From NCBI RefSeq assembly GCF_055900595.2, contig NZ_CM148325.1: DNA of 64,000 nucleotides. One strand, 5' to 3'. This document shows positions 46,216 to 58,796 of this stretch, piece after piece (the stretch's first letter is position 1; each line of letters opens with the position of its first letter). A program made the position numbers and the translations under genes. The notes below the pieces were generated by a model. The model did no database searches. It worked only from the letters and a program-made list of their open reading frames with translations, and was not told the origin of the DNA.

Positions 46216-47640
46216 TTACTGCATTAACAAGTAGATGGTGCTGTCGCCGCGCTGAATGTTCAGTGCCAGCACAGACGGTTTGCTGTCGAGAACTTTACGC
46301 AGTTCAGCGATGTTTTTCACTGCCTGCTGGTTCGCACCAATAATCACATCACCTTTCTTCAGGCCGATCTGCGCAGCTGGAGTGCCCGTTTTCACGTTGT
46401 TCACCACCACGCCCTGATCTTTGCCTTTGTTGCTCATCTCAGCGCCTTCAATGCCGTTGAAGATGGTGCTGGAATCAACCTGATTCTGGCTGCTCTGCTG
46501 CAGTTCCAGGTTCACGTTAACCTGCTTCCCGTCGCGCAGTAAGCCCAGGGTCAGTTTGCTGCCTACCGGCATAGTGCCCACCTGAGCACGCAGTGCGGCA
46601 AAGCTGCTGATTGGCTTACCGTTCAGTGAGGTGATCACATCACCCGCTTTAATGCCCGCTTTCGCGGCGGAAGAATTCGGCAGAACCTGGCTTACGAAAG
46701 CACCGCGCTGGGCGTCAACTTTCATCGCTTTCGCCAGATCGGAGTTCAGCTCAGTCCCCATAATACCCAGCTCACCGCGTTTCACCTGGCCGTATTCCAC
46801 CATCTGCGAGGTCAGGTTTTTCACCATGTTACTCGGGATAGCAAAACCGATACCGATGTTGCCGCCGTCCGGTGCGAGGATCGCGGTGTTGATACCGATC
46901 AGTTCGCCGTTCAGGTTAACCAGCGCACCACCGGAGTTACCACGGTTGATCGCAGCATCGGTCTGGATGAAGTTTTCATAGTTTTCGGCATTCAGACCGC
47001 TACGCCCCAGCGCAGAGACAATCCCGGAAGTTACTGTCTCGCCCAGGCCGAACGGGTTACCAATTGCTACGGTGTAATCACCCACGCGCAGTGCATCAGA
47101 ATCCGCCATCTTAATTGCGGTCAGGTTTTTCGGATTCTGGATCTGGATCAGCGCGATATCAGAGCGCGGATCTTTGCCAACCATCTTCGCGTCGAACTTA
47201 CGACCATCGCTCAGCTGGACTTTAATCACCGTCGCGTTATCAACAACGTGGTTGTTGGTGACGACATAGCCTTTATCGGCATCAATGATGACGCCGGAAC
47301 CCAGCGCCATGAATTTTTGTTGCTGGCCGCCGCCATTACCGCCCTGGCCCCCCTGGCAGAACGGAGAGCTCTGGAACGGAGAACCTTCCTGGCAGAACGG
47401 AGAATCATCACCGAAGAACTGCTGGAAATTACGCGGCATACGCGGCGTATTAACGGTTGTGCTACCTTCTACGTTAATGCTGACCACTGAAGGCATCACC
47501 TTTTCGAGCATTGGTGCAAGGCTTGGTATCTGCTGGGCTGTCGTTGCTGAAGAAGTCTCAGCCGCCGTTGCAGAGAGCGGAGATAACGCCAAACCTAAAC
47601 TCAGAGCCAGTGCACTCAGTGCTAATGTGGTTTTTTTCAT
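46216..47640 (-). CDS. degP: Periplasmic serine endoprotease / chaperone DegP (HtrA)
   Basis: 474-aa ORF; signal peptide, trypsin-like protease domain with GNSGGAL active-site motif, two PDZ domains. Confidence 0.96.
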   Translation of the reverse strand: MKKTTLALSALALSLGLALSPLSATAAETSSATTAQQIPSLAPMLEKVMPSVVSINVEGSTTVNTPRMPRNFQQFFGDDSPFCQEGSPFQSSPFCQGGQGGNGGGQQQKFMALGSGVIIDADKGYVVTNNHVVDNATVIKVQLSDGRKFDAKMVGKDPRSDIALIQIQNPKNLTAIKMADSDALRVGDYTVAIGNPFGLGETVTSGIVSALGRSGLNAENYENFIQTDAAINRGNSGGALVNLNGELIGINTAILAPDGGNIGIGFAIPSNMVKNLTSQMVEYGQVKRGELGIMGTELNSDLAKAMKVDAQRGAFVSQVLPNSSAAKAGIKAGDVITSLNGKPISSFAALRAQVGTMPVGSKLTLGLLRDGKQVNVNLELQQSSQNQVDSSTIFNGIEGAEMSNKGKDQGVVVNNVKTGTPAAQIGLKKGDVIIGANQQAVKNIAELRKVLDSKPSVLALNIQRGDSTIYLLMQ

Positions 47641-47685
47641 GTATTTCAGTCTCGATTAACAGATAACGCAAAATTGCTGTGTTCT

Positions 47686-47713
47686 TCAGATTCGTTTTAT
47701 AGCGCGAAGTTCC
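47686..47713 (-). promoter_or_regulatory. Sigma-E-type promoter of degP
   Basis: Minus strand GGAACTT (47713-47707) - 16 nt - TCTGA (47690-47686), matching the sigma-E consensus about 45 nt upstream of the degP start codon. Confidence 0.6.
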
Positions 47714-47769
47714 GAACTAAAGTTTCTGCAAAAGGTAAAAATTTATTGTTCGTCTTTACAAAAGCCTGG

Positions 47770-49287
47770 TTATTGTTCTACGGCCATCAGACGTCGGTAT
47801 TCATCCCAGGCATAGAGGTCGGTCATACCGCTGATATAATCCTGCAGCAGGCGGCAACGGTAATAATATTCCCATAGCGGAAACTCAGGAGAATCTGACG
47901 GTAATTTACTGACAGCCTCGACATAGGCCAGCCGATGGCGCGTCGAGAGTTTGTGGAATAAGCGCGATTCAATAGGGAAACGTTTCACCCGTTCTTTTTC
48001 TACCAGTTCAGTAAAGTCTGATAACGACAGGCTTAATAAAGGGCGATAAATCTCTAATAATCCGCTAATGACCCGATAGCCCTGCAATTCAAGCTGCTCG
48101 ACATCTGGATGGCTAAACACATGTTTTACAGCGACATTTTTATATAGCTTTAGAAGATCGCTGCATTCGCTGGCATCTTCCAATAATGCATGATTAAACG
48201 TTCCGGCGAAAATCGCAGGCAGATTATCAATAAATCGTTGTGCCGCGTAGGGTACCAGTTTATTTAGGGTGTTTACCCGTAAATACATAAAAAACTGATC
48301 TTCCGTACTGCGGCTTAAACTATTTGAGCGTGATTTTTCCCAGGCATTTTCAACCACCAGCGAAAAGAGCGAACCTTTCTCATGCTGGCCCCACGCTTCG
48401 TGCAAATGATGATAAAGCTGCTCAACGCTGAATATTCTTTTCTCTACCGCATCTTCAAGATCTGCCACACAATAGGAGATGTCGTCGGCAGCTTCCATAA
48501 TCCACGTTAATGGAAAACGACTGTAAAGCGCCAAATTAAGTTCTTTACGCAACCGGGCAATATAAGCTTCTTCAGAAAGATAATAACCCGGCTTTTTCAT
48601 TAAATAGTGATGTGTCTCAGGCGTTTCGCCACGCCACCACGCCGGACGGGTATATTTTAAAATACCGCCAACCTGTGCCCAGGTGAGATTCATCCGCATC
48701 AATGTATGCACCAGACGAATACCTTGTGCATTCCCCTCAAAATGGCATAAGTCCTGACGAATTTTGCGCCGCAGTTCGTTAAGCGGTTCTTCCCCTTCCC
48801 GTAAACGTAATGCCACCACGCAGCAGCGATCGTCAGTCAGAGGCTGGCTTTCGGCATCAGCCGGAAACAAACGCTGGCGAAACCAGTCATTTATCGCCGC
48901 TTCACCAAAATGGCCAAACGGCGGATTGCCGATATCGTGCATCAGGCATGACATCTCAACAATACTTTCAAAGGGGCCGGTCAGTTCATCCAGACCATAA
49001 TCTTCCAGTAATTTAAGCTCTTTCAGACGGCTTAAAATTTCTTTGGCGATGTAGCGCCCCACCTGCTGGACTTCCATTGAATGGGTTAGACGCGTGCGCA
49101 CGGCGGCATTTCGCTCCAGCGGAAAAACCTGGGTCTTTTGTTGCAGACGACGAATTGCCGGAGAGTTGATAATACGTCCGCGATCGCTCTCAAAGATTCG
49201 CAGGATCTCATGTTCGGTTTTAACGCCCTGTGGTGAACGGTAACGACGATGCCAGTTTATTTTTTTTCGGAAATCAATCTGTGCCAT
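47770..49287 (-). CDS. dgt: dGTP triphosphohydrolase
   Basis: 505-aa ORF with HD-domain motifs ([13 protein letters not shown]). Confidence 0.95.
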   Translation of the reverse strand: MAQIDFRKKINWHRRYRSPQGVKTEHEILRIFESDRGRIINSPAIRRLQQKTQVFPLERNAAVRTRLTHSMEVQQVGRYIAKEILSRLKELKLLEDYGLDELTGPFESIVEMSCLMHDIGNPPFGHFGEAAINDWFRQRLFPADAESQPLTDDRCCVVALRLREGEEPLNELRRKIRQDLCHFEGNAQGIRLVHTLMRMNLTWAQVGGILKYTRPAWWRGETPETHHYLMKKPGYYLSEEAYIARLRKELNLALYSRFPLTWIMEAADDISYCVADLEDAVEKRIFSVEQLYHHLHEAWGQHEKGSLFSLVVENAWEKSRSNSLSRSTEDQFFMYLRVNTLNKLVPYAAQRFIDNLPAIFAGTFNHALLEDASECSDLLKLYKNVAVKHVFSHPDVEQLELQGYRVISGLLEIYRPLLSLSLSDFTELVEKERVKRFPIESRLFHKLSTRHRLAYVEAVSKLPSDSPEFPLWEYYYRCRLLQDYISGMTDLYAWDEYRRLMAVEQ

Positions 49288-49370
49288 GTCCTCTCCCGCG
49301 TGAGAAATACGCTTCCCCGTAAGCGCATGGTAAACTATGCCTTCAAATCGGGCTTATCGCGAGTAAATCT

Positions 49371-50069
49371 ATGAAAATCGGCATCATTGGTGCAATGGAA
49401 GAAGAAGTTACGCTGCTGCGTGACAAAATCGAAAACCGCCAAACTATCAGTCTGGGCGGTTGCGAAATCTATACCGGCCAACTGAATGGAACCGAAGTTG
49501 TGCTTCTGAAATCGGGCATCGGTAAAGTCGCTGCGGCACTGGGTGCAACTCTGCTGTTGGAACACTGCAAGCCAGATGTGATTATTAACACCGGTTCTGC
49601 CGGTGGCCTGGCACCAACGCTGAAAGTGGGCGATATCGTTGTCTCGGACGAAGCACGTTATCACGACGCGGATGTCACGGCATTTGGTTATGAATACGGT
49701 CAGTTACCAGGCTGCCCGGCAGGCTTCAAAGCTGACGATAAACTGATCGCTGCCGCTGAGGCCTGCATTGCCGAACTGAATCTTAACGCTGTACGTGGCC
49801 TGATTGTCAGCGGCGACGCTTTCATCAACGGTTCTGTTGGCCTGGCGAAAATCCGCCACAACTTCCCGCAGGCCATTGCTGTAGAGATGGAAGCGACGGC
49901 AATCGCTCATGTCTGCCACAATTTTAACGTCCCGTTTGTTGTCGTACGCGCCATCTCCGACGTGGCCGATCAACAGTCTCATCTTAGCTTCGATGAGTTC
50001 CTGGCTGTTGCTGCTAAACAGTCCAGTCTGATGGTTGAGTCACTGGTGCAGAAACTGGCACATGGCTAA
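49371..50069 (+). CDS. mtn: 5'-methylthioadenosine / S-adenosylhomocysteine nucleosidase
   Basis: 232-aa ORF. Confidence 0.95.
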   Translation: MKIGIIGAMEEEVTLLRDKIENRQTISLGGCEIYTGQLNGTEVVLLKSGIGKVAAALGATLLLEHCKPDVIINTGSAGGLAPTLKVGDIVVSDEARYHDADVTAFGYEYGQLPGCPAGFKADDKLIAAAEACIAELNLNAVRGLIVSGDAFINGSVGLAKIRHNFPQAIAVEMEATAIAHVCHNFNVPFVVVRAISDVADQQSHLSFDEFLAVAAKQSSLMVESLVQKLAHG

Positions 50070-50862
50070 GTCACTGTTCAGGGCGCTGGTCGCCCTGTCT
50101 TTTCTCGCGCCGCTGTGGCTCAACGCCGCGCCGCGCGTCATCACGCTTTCACCCGCCAACACTGAACTTGCTTTTGCCGCCGGGATCACGCCGGTAGGGG
50201 TCAGCAGTTATTCCGACTACCCTCCACAAGCGCAAAAGATTGAGCAGGTTTCAACCTGGCAGGGGATGAATCTCGAACGCATTGTGGCCCTTAAACCCGA
50301 TCTGGTGATTGCCTGGCGTGGAGGTAATGCCGAGCGGCAGGTTGACCAGTTAGCTTCGCTGGGAATAAAAGTAATGTGGGTCGATGCGACAAGCATTGAA
50401 CAAATTGCCAATGCGTTACGTCAACTGGCCCCCTGGAGCCCACAACCGGACAAGGCTGAACAAGCCGCGCAATCCCTGCTGGACCAGTACGCACAATTGA
50501 AAGCGCAATATGCTGATAAACCTAAAAAACGTGTTTTTCTGCAATTCGGCATTAATCCGCCATTTACCAGTGGAAAAGAGTCGATTCAAAACCAGGTACT
50601 CGAAGTTTGTGGCGGAGAAAACATCTTTAAAGACAGCCGGGTTCCCTGGCCGCAAGTTAGCCGCGAACAGGTGTTAGCACGCGCGCCACAGGCGATTGTC
50701 ATTACAGGTGGACCGGACCAAATTCCTAAAATCAAACAATACTGGGGTGAACAGCTCAAAATTCCCGTTATTCCTCTCACGAGTGACTGGTTTGAACGTG
50801 CAAGCCCACGTATTATCCTCGCTGCACAACAGCTCTGTAATGCGCTTTCACAGGTAGATTAG
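50062..50862 (+). CDS. btuF: Vitamin B12 periplasmic binding protein
   Basis: ORF track 50035..50862; start placed at [22 protein letters not shown] (266 aa, signal peptide); 8-nt overlap with mtn. Confidence 0.92.
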   Translation: MAKSLFRALVALSFLAPLWLNAAPRVITLSPANTELAFAAGITPVGVSSYSDYPPQAQKIEQVSTWQGMNLERIVALKPDLVIAWRGGNAERQVDQLASLGIKVMWVDATSIEQIANALRQLAPWSPQPDKAEQAAQSLLDQYAQLKAQYADKPKKRVFLQFGINPPFTSGKESIQNQVLEVCGGENIFKDSRVPWPQVSREQVLARAPQAIVITGGPDQIPKIKQYWGEQLKIPVIPLTSDWFERASPRIILAAQQLCNALSQVD

Positions 50863-50899
50863 CGCCTGATCTTTTCAGGTGCTCAGTGGGGATAGAACA

Positions 50900-51523
50900 A
50901 TGCTCGTCTATTGGCTGGATATAGTCGGCACAGCGGTATTTGCCATCTCCGGCGTTTTGTTAGCCGGAAAATTGCGTATGGACCCTTTTGGTGTTCTGGT
51001 ACTGGGCGTGGTTACCGCAGTAGGCGGCGGGACAATTCGCGACATGGCGCTGGATCACGGCCCGGTCTTTTGGGTGAAAGATCCCACCGATCTGGTTGTT
51101 GCAATGGTGACCAGTATGCTGACGATCGTGCTGGTGCGCCAGCCAAGACGCTTACCGAAATGGATGTTGCCGGTGCTGGATGCCGTTGGTCTGGCGGTGT
51201 TTGTCGGCATTGGCGTGAATAAAGCCTTTAATGCGGAAGCCGGTCCGTTGATCGCGGTTTGTATGGGCGTCATTACTGGCGTTGGCGGCGGGATCATTCG
51301 TGATGTACTGGCCCGCGAAATCCCCATGATTTTACGCACAGAAATCTACGCAACGGCCTGTATTATCGGCGGTATTGTCCACGCTACGGCTTATTACACA
51401 TTTTCCGTGCCCCTGGAAACAGCCAGTATGATGGGCATGGTCGTGACGCTATTGATTCGACTGGCGGCTATTCGTTGGCATCTTAAGCTACCGACGTTTG
51501 CGCTGGATGAGAATGGGCGTTGA
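50900..51523 (+). CDS. yadS: Glycine-rich TRIC-like membrane protein (UPF0126)
   Basis: ORF track 50879..51523; start placed at MLVYWLDIVGTAVFAISG (207 aa); duplicated GGG-containing hydrophobic halves. Confidence 0.88.
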   Translation: MLVYWLDIVGTAVFAISGVLLAGKLRMDPFGVLVLGVVTAVGGGTIRDMALDHGPVFWVKDPTDLVVAMVTSMLTIVLVRQPRRLPKWMLPVLDAVGLAVFVGIGVNKAFNAEAGPLIAVCMGVITGVGGGIIRDVLAREIPMILRTEIYATACIIGGIVHATAYYTFSVPLETASMMGMVVTLLIRLAAIRWHLKLPTFALDENGR

Positions 51524-51534
51524 AGAGTGAAGAT

Positions 51535-51557
51535 GTGCCGGATAGTTTATCCGGCAC
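51535..51557. other. Perfect 9-bp inverted repeat between convergent yadS and erpA
   Basis: GTGCCGGAT-AGTTT-ATCCGGCAC; no flanking U/A tract on either side. Confidence 0.4.
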
Positions 51558-51569
51558 ATGAACAACAGA

Positions 51570-51914
51570 TTAGATGCTGAAGGAAGAACCGCAACCGCAG
51601 GTGCTTTTCGCGTTCGGGTTGGTCACGATGAAACGAGAACCTTCCAGACCTTCGGTATAGTCAACGGAACCGCCGACCAGATATTGCAGGCTCATCGGGT
51701 CAACCACCAGGCCAACGCCCTGTTTTTCGATGGTCATATCGCCTTCGTTCACCTGATCATCAAAGGTGAAACCATACTGGAAGCCGCTGCAACCGCCACC
51801 GGTGATATACACGCGTAATTTCAGATTCGGGTTATCTTCGTCAGCGATCAGGCTTTTAACTTTGTTGGCTGCTGCGTCGGTAAACTCCAGCGGCAGTGCT
51901 ACGTCATCACTCAT
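51570..51914 (-). CDS. erpA: Iron-sulfur cluster insertion protein ErpA (A-type carrier)
   Basis: ORF track 51570..51947; start placed at [13 protein letters not shown] (114 aa); C-terminal CGCG Fe-S ligand motif. Confidence 0.94.
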
Positions 51915-51995
51915 ATTTTGCTCCAAACGACATCGGCAATTGGGCAAATTCTAACCCAATAATAATCGCCATTATCTAATACCCTGGTATTTCGT

Positions 51996-53435
<1,440 letters not shown>

Positions 53436-53641
53436 TCATACAAATAAGATGACGGCATTTTACTCGCACGTTCCATGAAAATCCTTTGCAAAGCGTAATG
53501 TTTCAAATGCACAAAACTTTTATACTCTATGAAATCAGGATTGCACCAGCACAAGCAACCTGACGTTTGACGAGTATTTAACTTGTTATGAATAACATAG
53601 AATAGCAGCCATTCACTTTTTCTACGAATCAGGAACCCTCC

Positions 53642-54922
53642 ATGAGTAAGTCTGAAAATCTATACAGCGCAGCGCGCGAGCTGATCCCTGGCGGTGTGAA
53701 CTCCCCTGTTCGCGCCTTTACCGGCGTGGGCGGCACTCCACTGTTTATCGAAAAAGCGGACGGCGCTTATCTGTACGATGTTGATGGCAAAGCCTATATC
53801 GATTATGTCGGTTCCTGGGGGCCGATGGTGCTGGGCCATAACCATCCGGCGATCCGCAATGCCGTGATTGAAGCCGCCGAGCGTGGTTTAAGCTTTGGTG
53901 CACCGACCGAAATGGAAGTGAAAATGGCGCAACTGGTGACCGAACTGGTCCCGACCATGGATATGGTGCGCATGGTGAACTCCGGCACTGAAGCGACAAT
54001 GAGTGCCATCCGCCTGGCCCGCGGTTTTACCGGTCGCGACAAAATCATTAAATTTGAAGGTTGTTACCACGGTCACGCTGACTGCCTGCTGGTAAAAGCC
54101 GGTTCTGGCGCACTCACGTTAGGCCAGCCAAACTCGCCGGGCGTTCCGGCAGATTTCGCCAAACATACATTAACCTGTACTTATAACGATCTGGCCTCTG
54201 TACGCGCCGCGTTTGAGCAATACCCGCAAGAGATTGCCTGTATTATTGTCGAGCCAGTAGCAGGCAACATGAACTGTGTTCCGCCGCTGCCAGAGTTCCT
54301 ACCGGGTCTGCGCGCACTGTGCGACGAATTTGGCGCATTGCTGATCATCGATGAAGTGATGACCGGTTTCCGCGTGGCGCTGGCTGGCGCGCAGGATTAT
54401 TACGACGTGGTGCCAGACCTCACCTGCCTGGGCAAAATCATCGGCGGTGGAATGCCGGTAGGCGCATTCGGTGGTCGTCGTGATGTGATGGATGCGCTGG
54501 CCCCGACCGGTCCGGTCTATCAGGCGGGTACGCTTTCCGGTAACCCGATTGCGATGGCAGCCGGTTTCGCCTGTCTGAATGAAGTCGCGCAGCCGGGCGT
54601 TCACGAGACGCTGGATGAGCTGACAACACGTCTGGCAGAAGGTCTGCGGGAAGCGGCAGAAGAAGCGGGAATTCCATTGGTCGTTAACCATGTTGGCGGC
54701 ATGTTCGGTATTTTCTTTACCGACGCCGAGTCCGTGACGTGCTATCAGGATGTGATGGCCTGCGACGTCGAGCGCTTTAAGCGTTTCTTCCATATGATGC
54801 TGGACGAAGGTGTTTACCTGGCACCGTCAGCGTTTGAAGCGGGCTTTATGTCTGTGGCGCACAGCATGGAAGATATCAATAACACCATCGATGCTGCACG
54901 TCGGGTGTTTGCGAAGTTGTGA
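53642..54922 (+). CDS. hemL: Glutamate-1-semialdehyde 2,1-aminomutase
   Basis: 426-aa ORF, PLP-dependent class III aminotransferase. Confidence 0.96.
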   Translation: MSKSENLYSAARELIPGGVNSPVRAFTGVGGTPLFIEKADGAYLYDVDGKAYIDYVGSWGPMVLGHNHPAIRNAVIEAAERGLSFGAPTEMEVKMAQLVTELVPTMDMVRMVNSGTEATMSAIRLARGFTGRDKIIKFEGCYHGHADCLLVKAGSGALTLGQPNSPGVPADFAKHTLTCTYNDLASVRAAFEQYPQEIACIIVEPVAGNMNCVPPLPEFLPGLRALCDEFGALLIIDEVMTGFRVALAGAQDYYDVVPDLTCLGKIIGGGMPVGAFGGRRDVMDALAPTGPVYQAGTLSGNPIAMAAGFACLNEVAQPGVHETLDELTTRLAEGLREAAEEAGIPLVVNHVGGMFGIFFTDAESVTCYQDVMACDVERFKRFFHMMLDEGVYLAPSAFEAGFMSVAHSMEDINNTIDAARRVFAKL

Positions 54923-54935
54923 TCCAGCATGGTTT

Positions 54936-55021
54936 GTCGGATGCGGCGTAAACGCCTTATCCGACCTACAGATCAGGACCGTTTGTAGGCCCGATAAGAC
55001 GCCACAGCGTCGCATCGGGCA
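54936..55021. repeat. BIME: two inverted REP units
   Basis: GTCGGATGCGGCGTAAACGCCTTATCCGACCTACA and inverted TGTAGGCCCGATAAGACGCCACAGCGTCGCATCGGGCA between convergent hemL and fhuB. Confidence 0.85.
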
Positions 55022-55079
55022 TCCGTTGCCGCGTAAAAGCTTTATCCATCCAGGAGTTAAGGGCCGTTATATGGAAAAA

Positions 55080-57062
55080 TTAACGGCTCTGCTTTCTCAA
55101 CAAATAGATAAAATACGGCGCGCCGATAAAGGTCGACAGCAGCCCCGCTGGGATCTGGAATGGAAACAGCACCATCCGCCCACACCAGTCAGCGAACACC
55201 AGCAGTAATCCCCCCACCAGCGCCGAAATCACAATATGCGGCATCGTCCGTCGAAAGCCCATCATCCGTGCGATATGCGGTGCCATCAGGCCAACAAAAC
55301 TCAACGGCCCGATGGTCATTGTCGCGGTCGCCGTCAGGCAAGCCGCCAGCAGCAGTAGCGCAATTCGCGTCGGCGTCAGCGCCATTCCCACGGCTCGTGC
55401 GGTATCACCTCCCAGCGGTAAAATGGTCAGCCAGCGGCGGCACAGCGGGGTAATCGCCAGCAAAATCACCATCACAATTCCGGTGCGCCAGACCTGCGCC
55501 TCGGTCGCGTTGTAGGTCGAACCGGAAATCCAGGTCAGAACTTGCGCCATTCGCGGGTCACCACTTGCCTGCAACATCATCAAAAGCATGGTGAACGCGG
55601 TACTTAACGCCATCCCCGCCAGTAACATGCGGTGTGGAGAAAATCCACCGCGTCCGGCGGCGATCATAATGATCAACAGCGTCACCGCCGCCCCGAGACT
55701 TCCCGCGGGTAACAGCCAGCCAAAGGCATTACCCGGCACCAGAAACAGCATTAACACCACGCCAAACGCCGCGCCGGAGCTAATCCCCAGCACTTCCGGG
55801 CTTGCCATCGGGTTGCCGGTCAGCCGCTGAATAATACAGCCCGCCACCGCCAGCATGACGCCCGCAAACAGCGCCGCCATAATTCGCGGCCAGCGCCAGG
55901 GCATCAAATCCTCGAGCAGCGCCCCGCTCGCCCACGTCCAGCCGTGCGCATCACGACCAAACGACAGCGCCACCACCACAGCAATTATCAGCAGCACACC
56001 GCCAGCAAGGGCAAACGCCAGCACATGTTGGCGTTCAGTCGCGACACGATCGTTGGCCTTCATATCCGGCGCACTGATGCTGCGTAAACGCGGCAGCAGC
56101 CACAGTAACAGCGGCGCACCTATCAACGCCGTCATCGAACCGGTAGAAACTTCCATCCACACGCGAGTCAGCCAGAGGATGATTTGATCGGAAAGCCAGA
56201 GGATCAGCGCACCAATCAGTGACGCCAGCAGCAGTCTTGGCAGCAGACGCCGCGCCCCCAGCATTTTTGCCAGCAGCGGCGCGAACAACCCGATAAAGCC
56301 GATAATCCCCACCGCGTTCACCAGCAGAGCACTGATGACTATCGCCAGCGACAGCGCCGCCAGACGCGCGAGCGATAAAGCCAGTCCGAGATTACGCGCC
56401 ACGCCATCATCAAGCCCCATCAGGGTTAATGGACGAAGTAGCAGTAACGTCAACATCACGCCGCCCAGCAGCTGTGGCCATAAACGCTCAACGCCGCCCC
56501 AGTCGGTTTGCGTCAGCGTTCCGGTACTCCACAGGAACATGCTTTGTAGCTGGTCGTGATGGAAGATAACCAGTAACTGATTGATTGCCCCGCAATAAAG
56601 GCTCACCACAAGCCCCGCGAGGATCAGCGTTACCGGAGAAAGCCGTTTCCCCCACGCGACGCCAAAGACAATTAAGCCAACCACACAAGCCCCTGCCAAT
56701 GCAGCAAACTGGCTCGCCATAGCACCAGGGATCGCCCAGAGCGTGGTGACGGTAATCCCCAGTTGCGCGCCTGTAGCAACGCCCAACGTGGTCGGTTCCG
56801 CCAGCGGGTTACGTAACACTTGCTGAAACAGCACGCCCACCAGTCCCAGACCCGCGCCCACCAGCAGCGAAATCGCCAGACGTGGCAGCAAGCTGTAGTG
56901 AAAAATCATCTGCTCGATGACGTCAATATCCGGCGACCAGGCAGCCTGCGCCCACTGGCTACGCGGCAGCGCCTGAGAGAAGTTCATCCAGGTGAGCACC
57001 GCTGCGGCAACCACCAACAGCGCCAGCAATAATGCCGGGAAAAGCGCAATACGTTTACTCAC
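55080..57062 (-). CDS. fhuB: Ferric hydroxamate ABC transporter permease (duplicated)
   Basis: 660-aa hydrophobic ORF with two FecCD-like halves. Confidence 0.95.
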   Translation of the reverse strand: MSKRIALFPALLLALLVVAAAVLTWMNFSQALPRSQWAQAAWSPDIDVIEQMIFHYSLLPRLAISLLVGAGLGLVGVLFQQVLRNPLAEPTTLGVATGAQLGITVTTLWAIPGAMASQFAALAGACVVGLIVFGVAWGKRLSPVTLILAGLVVSLYCGAINQLLVIFHHDQLQSMFLWSTGTLTQTDWGGVERLWPQLLGGVMLTLLLLRPLTLMGLDDGVARNLGLALSLARLAALSLAIVISALLVNAVGIIGFIGLFAPLLAKMLGARRLLPRLLLASLIGALILWLSDQIILWLTRVWMEVSTGSMTALIGAPLLLWLLPRLRSISAPDMKANDRVATERQHVLAFALAGGVLLIIAVVVALSFGRDAHGWTWASGALLEDLMPWRWPRIMAALFAGVMLAVAGCIIQRLTGNPMASPEVLGISSGAAFGVVLMLFLVPGNAFGWLLPAGSLGAAVTLLIIMIAAGRGGFSPHRMLLAGMALSTAFTMLLMMLQASGDPRMAQVLTWISGSTYNATEAQVWRTGIVMVILLAITPLCRRWLTILPLGGDTARAVGMALTPTRIALLLLAACLTATATMTIGPLSFVGLMAPHIARMMGFRRTMPHIVISALVGGLLLVFADWCGRMVLFPFQIPAGLLSTFIGAPYFIYLLRKQSR

Positions 57063-57949
57063 GCTTTACCTCCGATGGCGTTATCCAGAATACGCACAAA
57101 GTGCATTGCCGAGAGCGTCGCACCATAAAACCAGACTGCGGGGACGCGCTGAAAGCGTCCGGCACGGACAAACGGCATGGCCTGCCACAGCGGGGTTGCC
57201 ATTAGTGCGTCCATGTCTTTGCTGTTGTCGTGATCAAAACAGAGCACATCAACGTCCTTATACGCTGCCAGACGATCGATACTGACGGCAGTACTGCCCC
57301 AGAAGTTGGTTTCTCCTTGCCAGGCATTTGGGATGCCGTACTCATCGAGAATTTCCTGGAACAGGCTGTTCGGGCCGAAGACCAGCATATGGCGTGGATC
57401 GATAAGCGTCGTCAGCAATAACGGGCGCGCACCACGCTTCACAAAACGGGGTTTCATGCTGCGGATGAAGTCTTCATAGTGCGCTAAATGCGTTTCTGCT
57501 GCGCTTTGCAGGTTAAGCAAATCTGCCATTTCCGTCAGCGATTTACGCGCCATCGCCAGCGGCTGTTTGCCGTCGCTGAAGTTAAATCCGCGCCCCGGCG
57601 CAATACGTGCCAGCATTTCTGGCGAAGGGCCATACCCTGCCGACCAGACCATAAACGACGGCTTCATTTCGGTCAGCAGTTCAAGGTTAGGTTCTGTCCG
57701 CAAACCGACGTCAATCACCGATTCAGGTAATGGCGGTTCGCTGACCCACAGGCGATAGTTGATGGTATCCGCCACGCCGTAAGGCACGATGCCTAGCGCC
57801 AGCAGTAATTCCACCGGCAACCACTCCAGCGCCACAATACGCTTTGGATCAATAGCCGCCGCGCGGGCGGTATTCATCTGCCATAACAACGGAGATAGCG
57901 CCATCGCTGTTAACAGTCGACGGCGCGTAATTAGAGGTAAGCCACTCAT
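57059..57949 (-). CDS. fhuD: Ferric hydroxamate periplasmic binding protein
   Basis: ORF track 57059..57952 (alternative Met one codon upstream); Tat-like RRRLL signal; 4-nt overlap with fhuB. Confidence 0.93.
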   Translation of the reverse strand: MSGLPLITRRRLLTAMALSPLLWQMNTARAAAIDPKRIVALEWLPVELLLALGIVPYGVADTINYRLWVSEPPLPESVIDVGLRTEPNLELLTEMKPSFMVWSAGYGPSPEMLARIAPGRGFNFSDGKQPLAMARKSLTEMADLLNLQSAAETHLAHYEDFIRSMKPRFVKRGARPLLLTTLIDPRHMLVFGPNSLFQEILDEYGIPNAWQGETNFWGSTAVSIDRLAAYKDVDVLCFDHDNSKDMDALMATPLWQAMPFVRAGRFQRVPAVWFYGATLSAMHFVRILDNAIGGKA

Positions 57950-58746
57950 CAATAAACAAAACTCACAGGTGCAGCACCCGCCGGATGCGGCAAAATTCCC
58001 ATCGGGATGCCATAAATCATTTCGAGGGTTTCGCCGCGCATAATTTCCGCAGGCGTTCCCTGCGCAATCATTTCACCGCCGCGCAGGGCGACCAGATAAT
58101 CACAGTAACGCGCAGCCATATTGATATCGTGCAGCACGGCAATGACCGTCAGGCCACGCTCCTGACTTAAACGGTGCACCAGCGCCAGCACATCAACCTG
58201 GTGGGCGATATCCAGCGCCGAGGTCGGTTCGTCGAGCAACAGACAACGGCTATCCTGCGCCACCAGCATGGCGATCCACGCCCGTTGACGTTCGCCGCCA
58301 GAGAGGCTATCGACCAGCCGATGCGCCAGCGGTTTTAAGCCAACCAGCGAGATAGCCTCTTCGACCTTTTCGCGATCTGCCGCGCCAAAGCGCCCCAGCG
58401 CGCCATGCCACGGGTAACGACCAATCGCCACCAGTTCACGCACCGTCATCCCTTCTGCCGGAGGAAGCTGCTGCGGCAAATAAGCCACTTTGCGAGCAAA
58501 CGCTTTGCTGCTCCAGCTTTCCAGCGGCTGGGCATCAAGAAGAATCTCCCCTTCTGACGGTGGCTGATGGCGGCCCAACATTTTTAACAGCGTGGATTTA
58601 CCAGAGCCGTTGTGACCAATCAGACCGGTCACTTTCCCGGCAGGAAAGGTTAACGACAGCGGATGCAAAAGCGTGCGCCCGGGCACACGAAAGGAGATAT
58701 TACGCAGTGCAAAAGTGGTATCGGAATGATTCGTGTATTCCTGCAT
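57949..58746 (-). CDS. fhuC: Ferric hydroxamate ABC transporter ATPase
   Basis: ORF track 57949..58851; start placed at MQEYTNHSDTTFALRNISF (265 aa); Walker A GHNGSGKST, signature LSGGERQR. Confidence 0.94.
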   Translation of the reverse strand: MQEYTNHSDTTFALRNISFRVPGRTLLHPLSLTFPAGKVTGLIGHNGSGKSTLLKMLGRHQPPSEGEILLDAQPLESWSSKAFARKVAYLPQQLPPAEGMTVRELVAIGRYPWHGALGRFGAADREKVEEAISLVGLKPLAHRLVDSLSGGERQRAWIAMLVAQDSRCLLLDEPTSALDIAHQVDVLALVHRLSQERGLTVIAVLHDINMAARYCDYLVALRGGEMIAQGTPAEIMRGETLEMIYGIPMGILPHPAGAAPVSFVY

Positions 58747-58796
58747 AACAGCCAACTTGTGAAACGGGCACGGAAATCCGTGCCCCAAAAGAGAAA

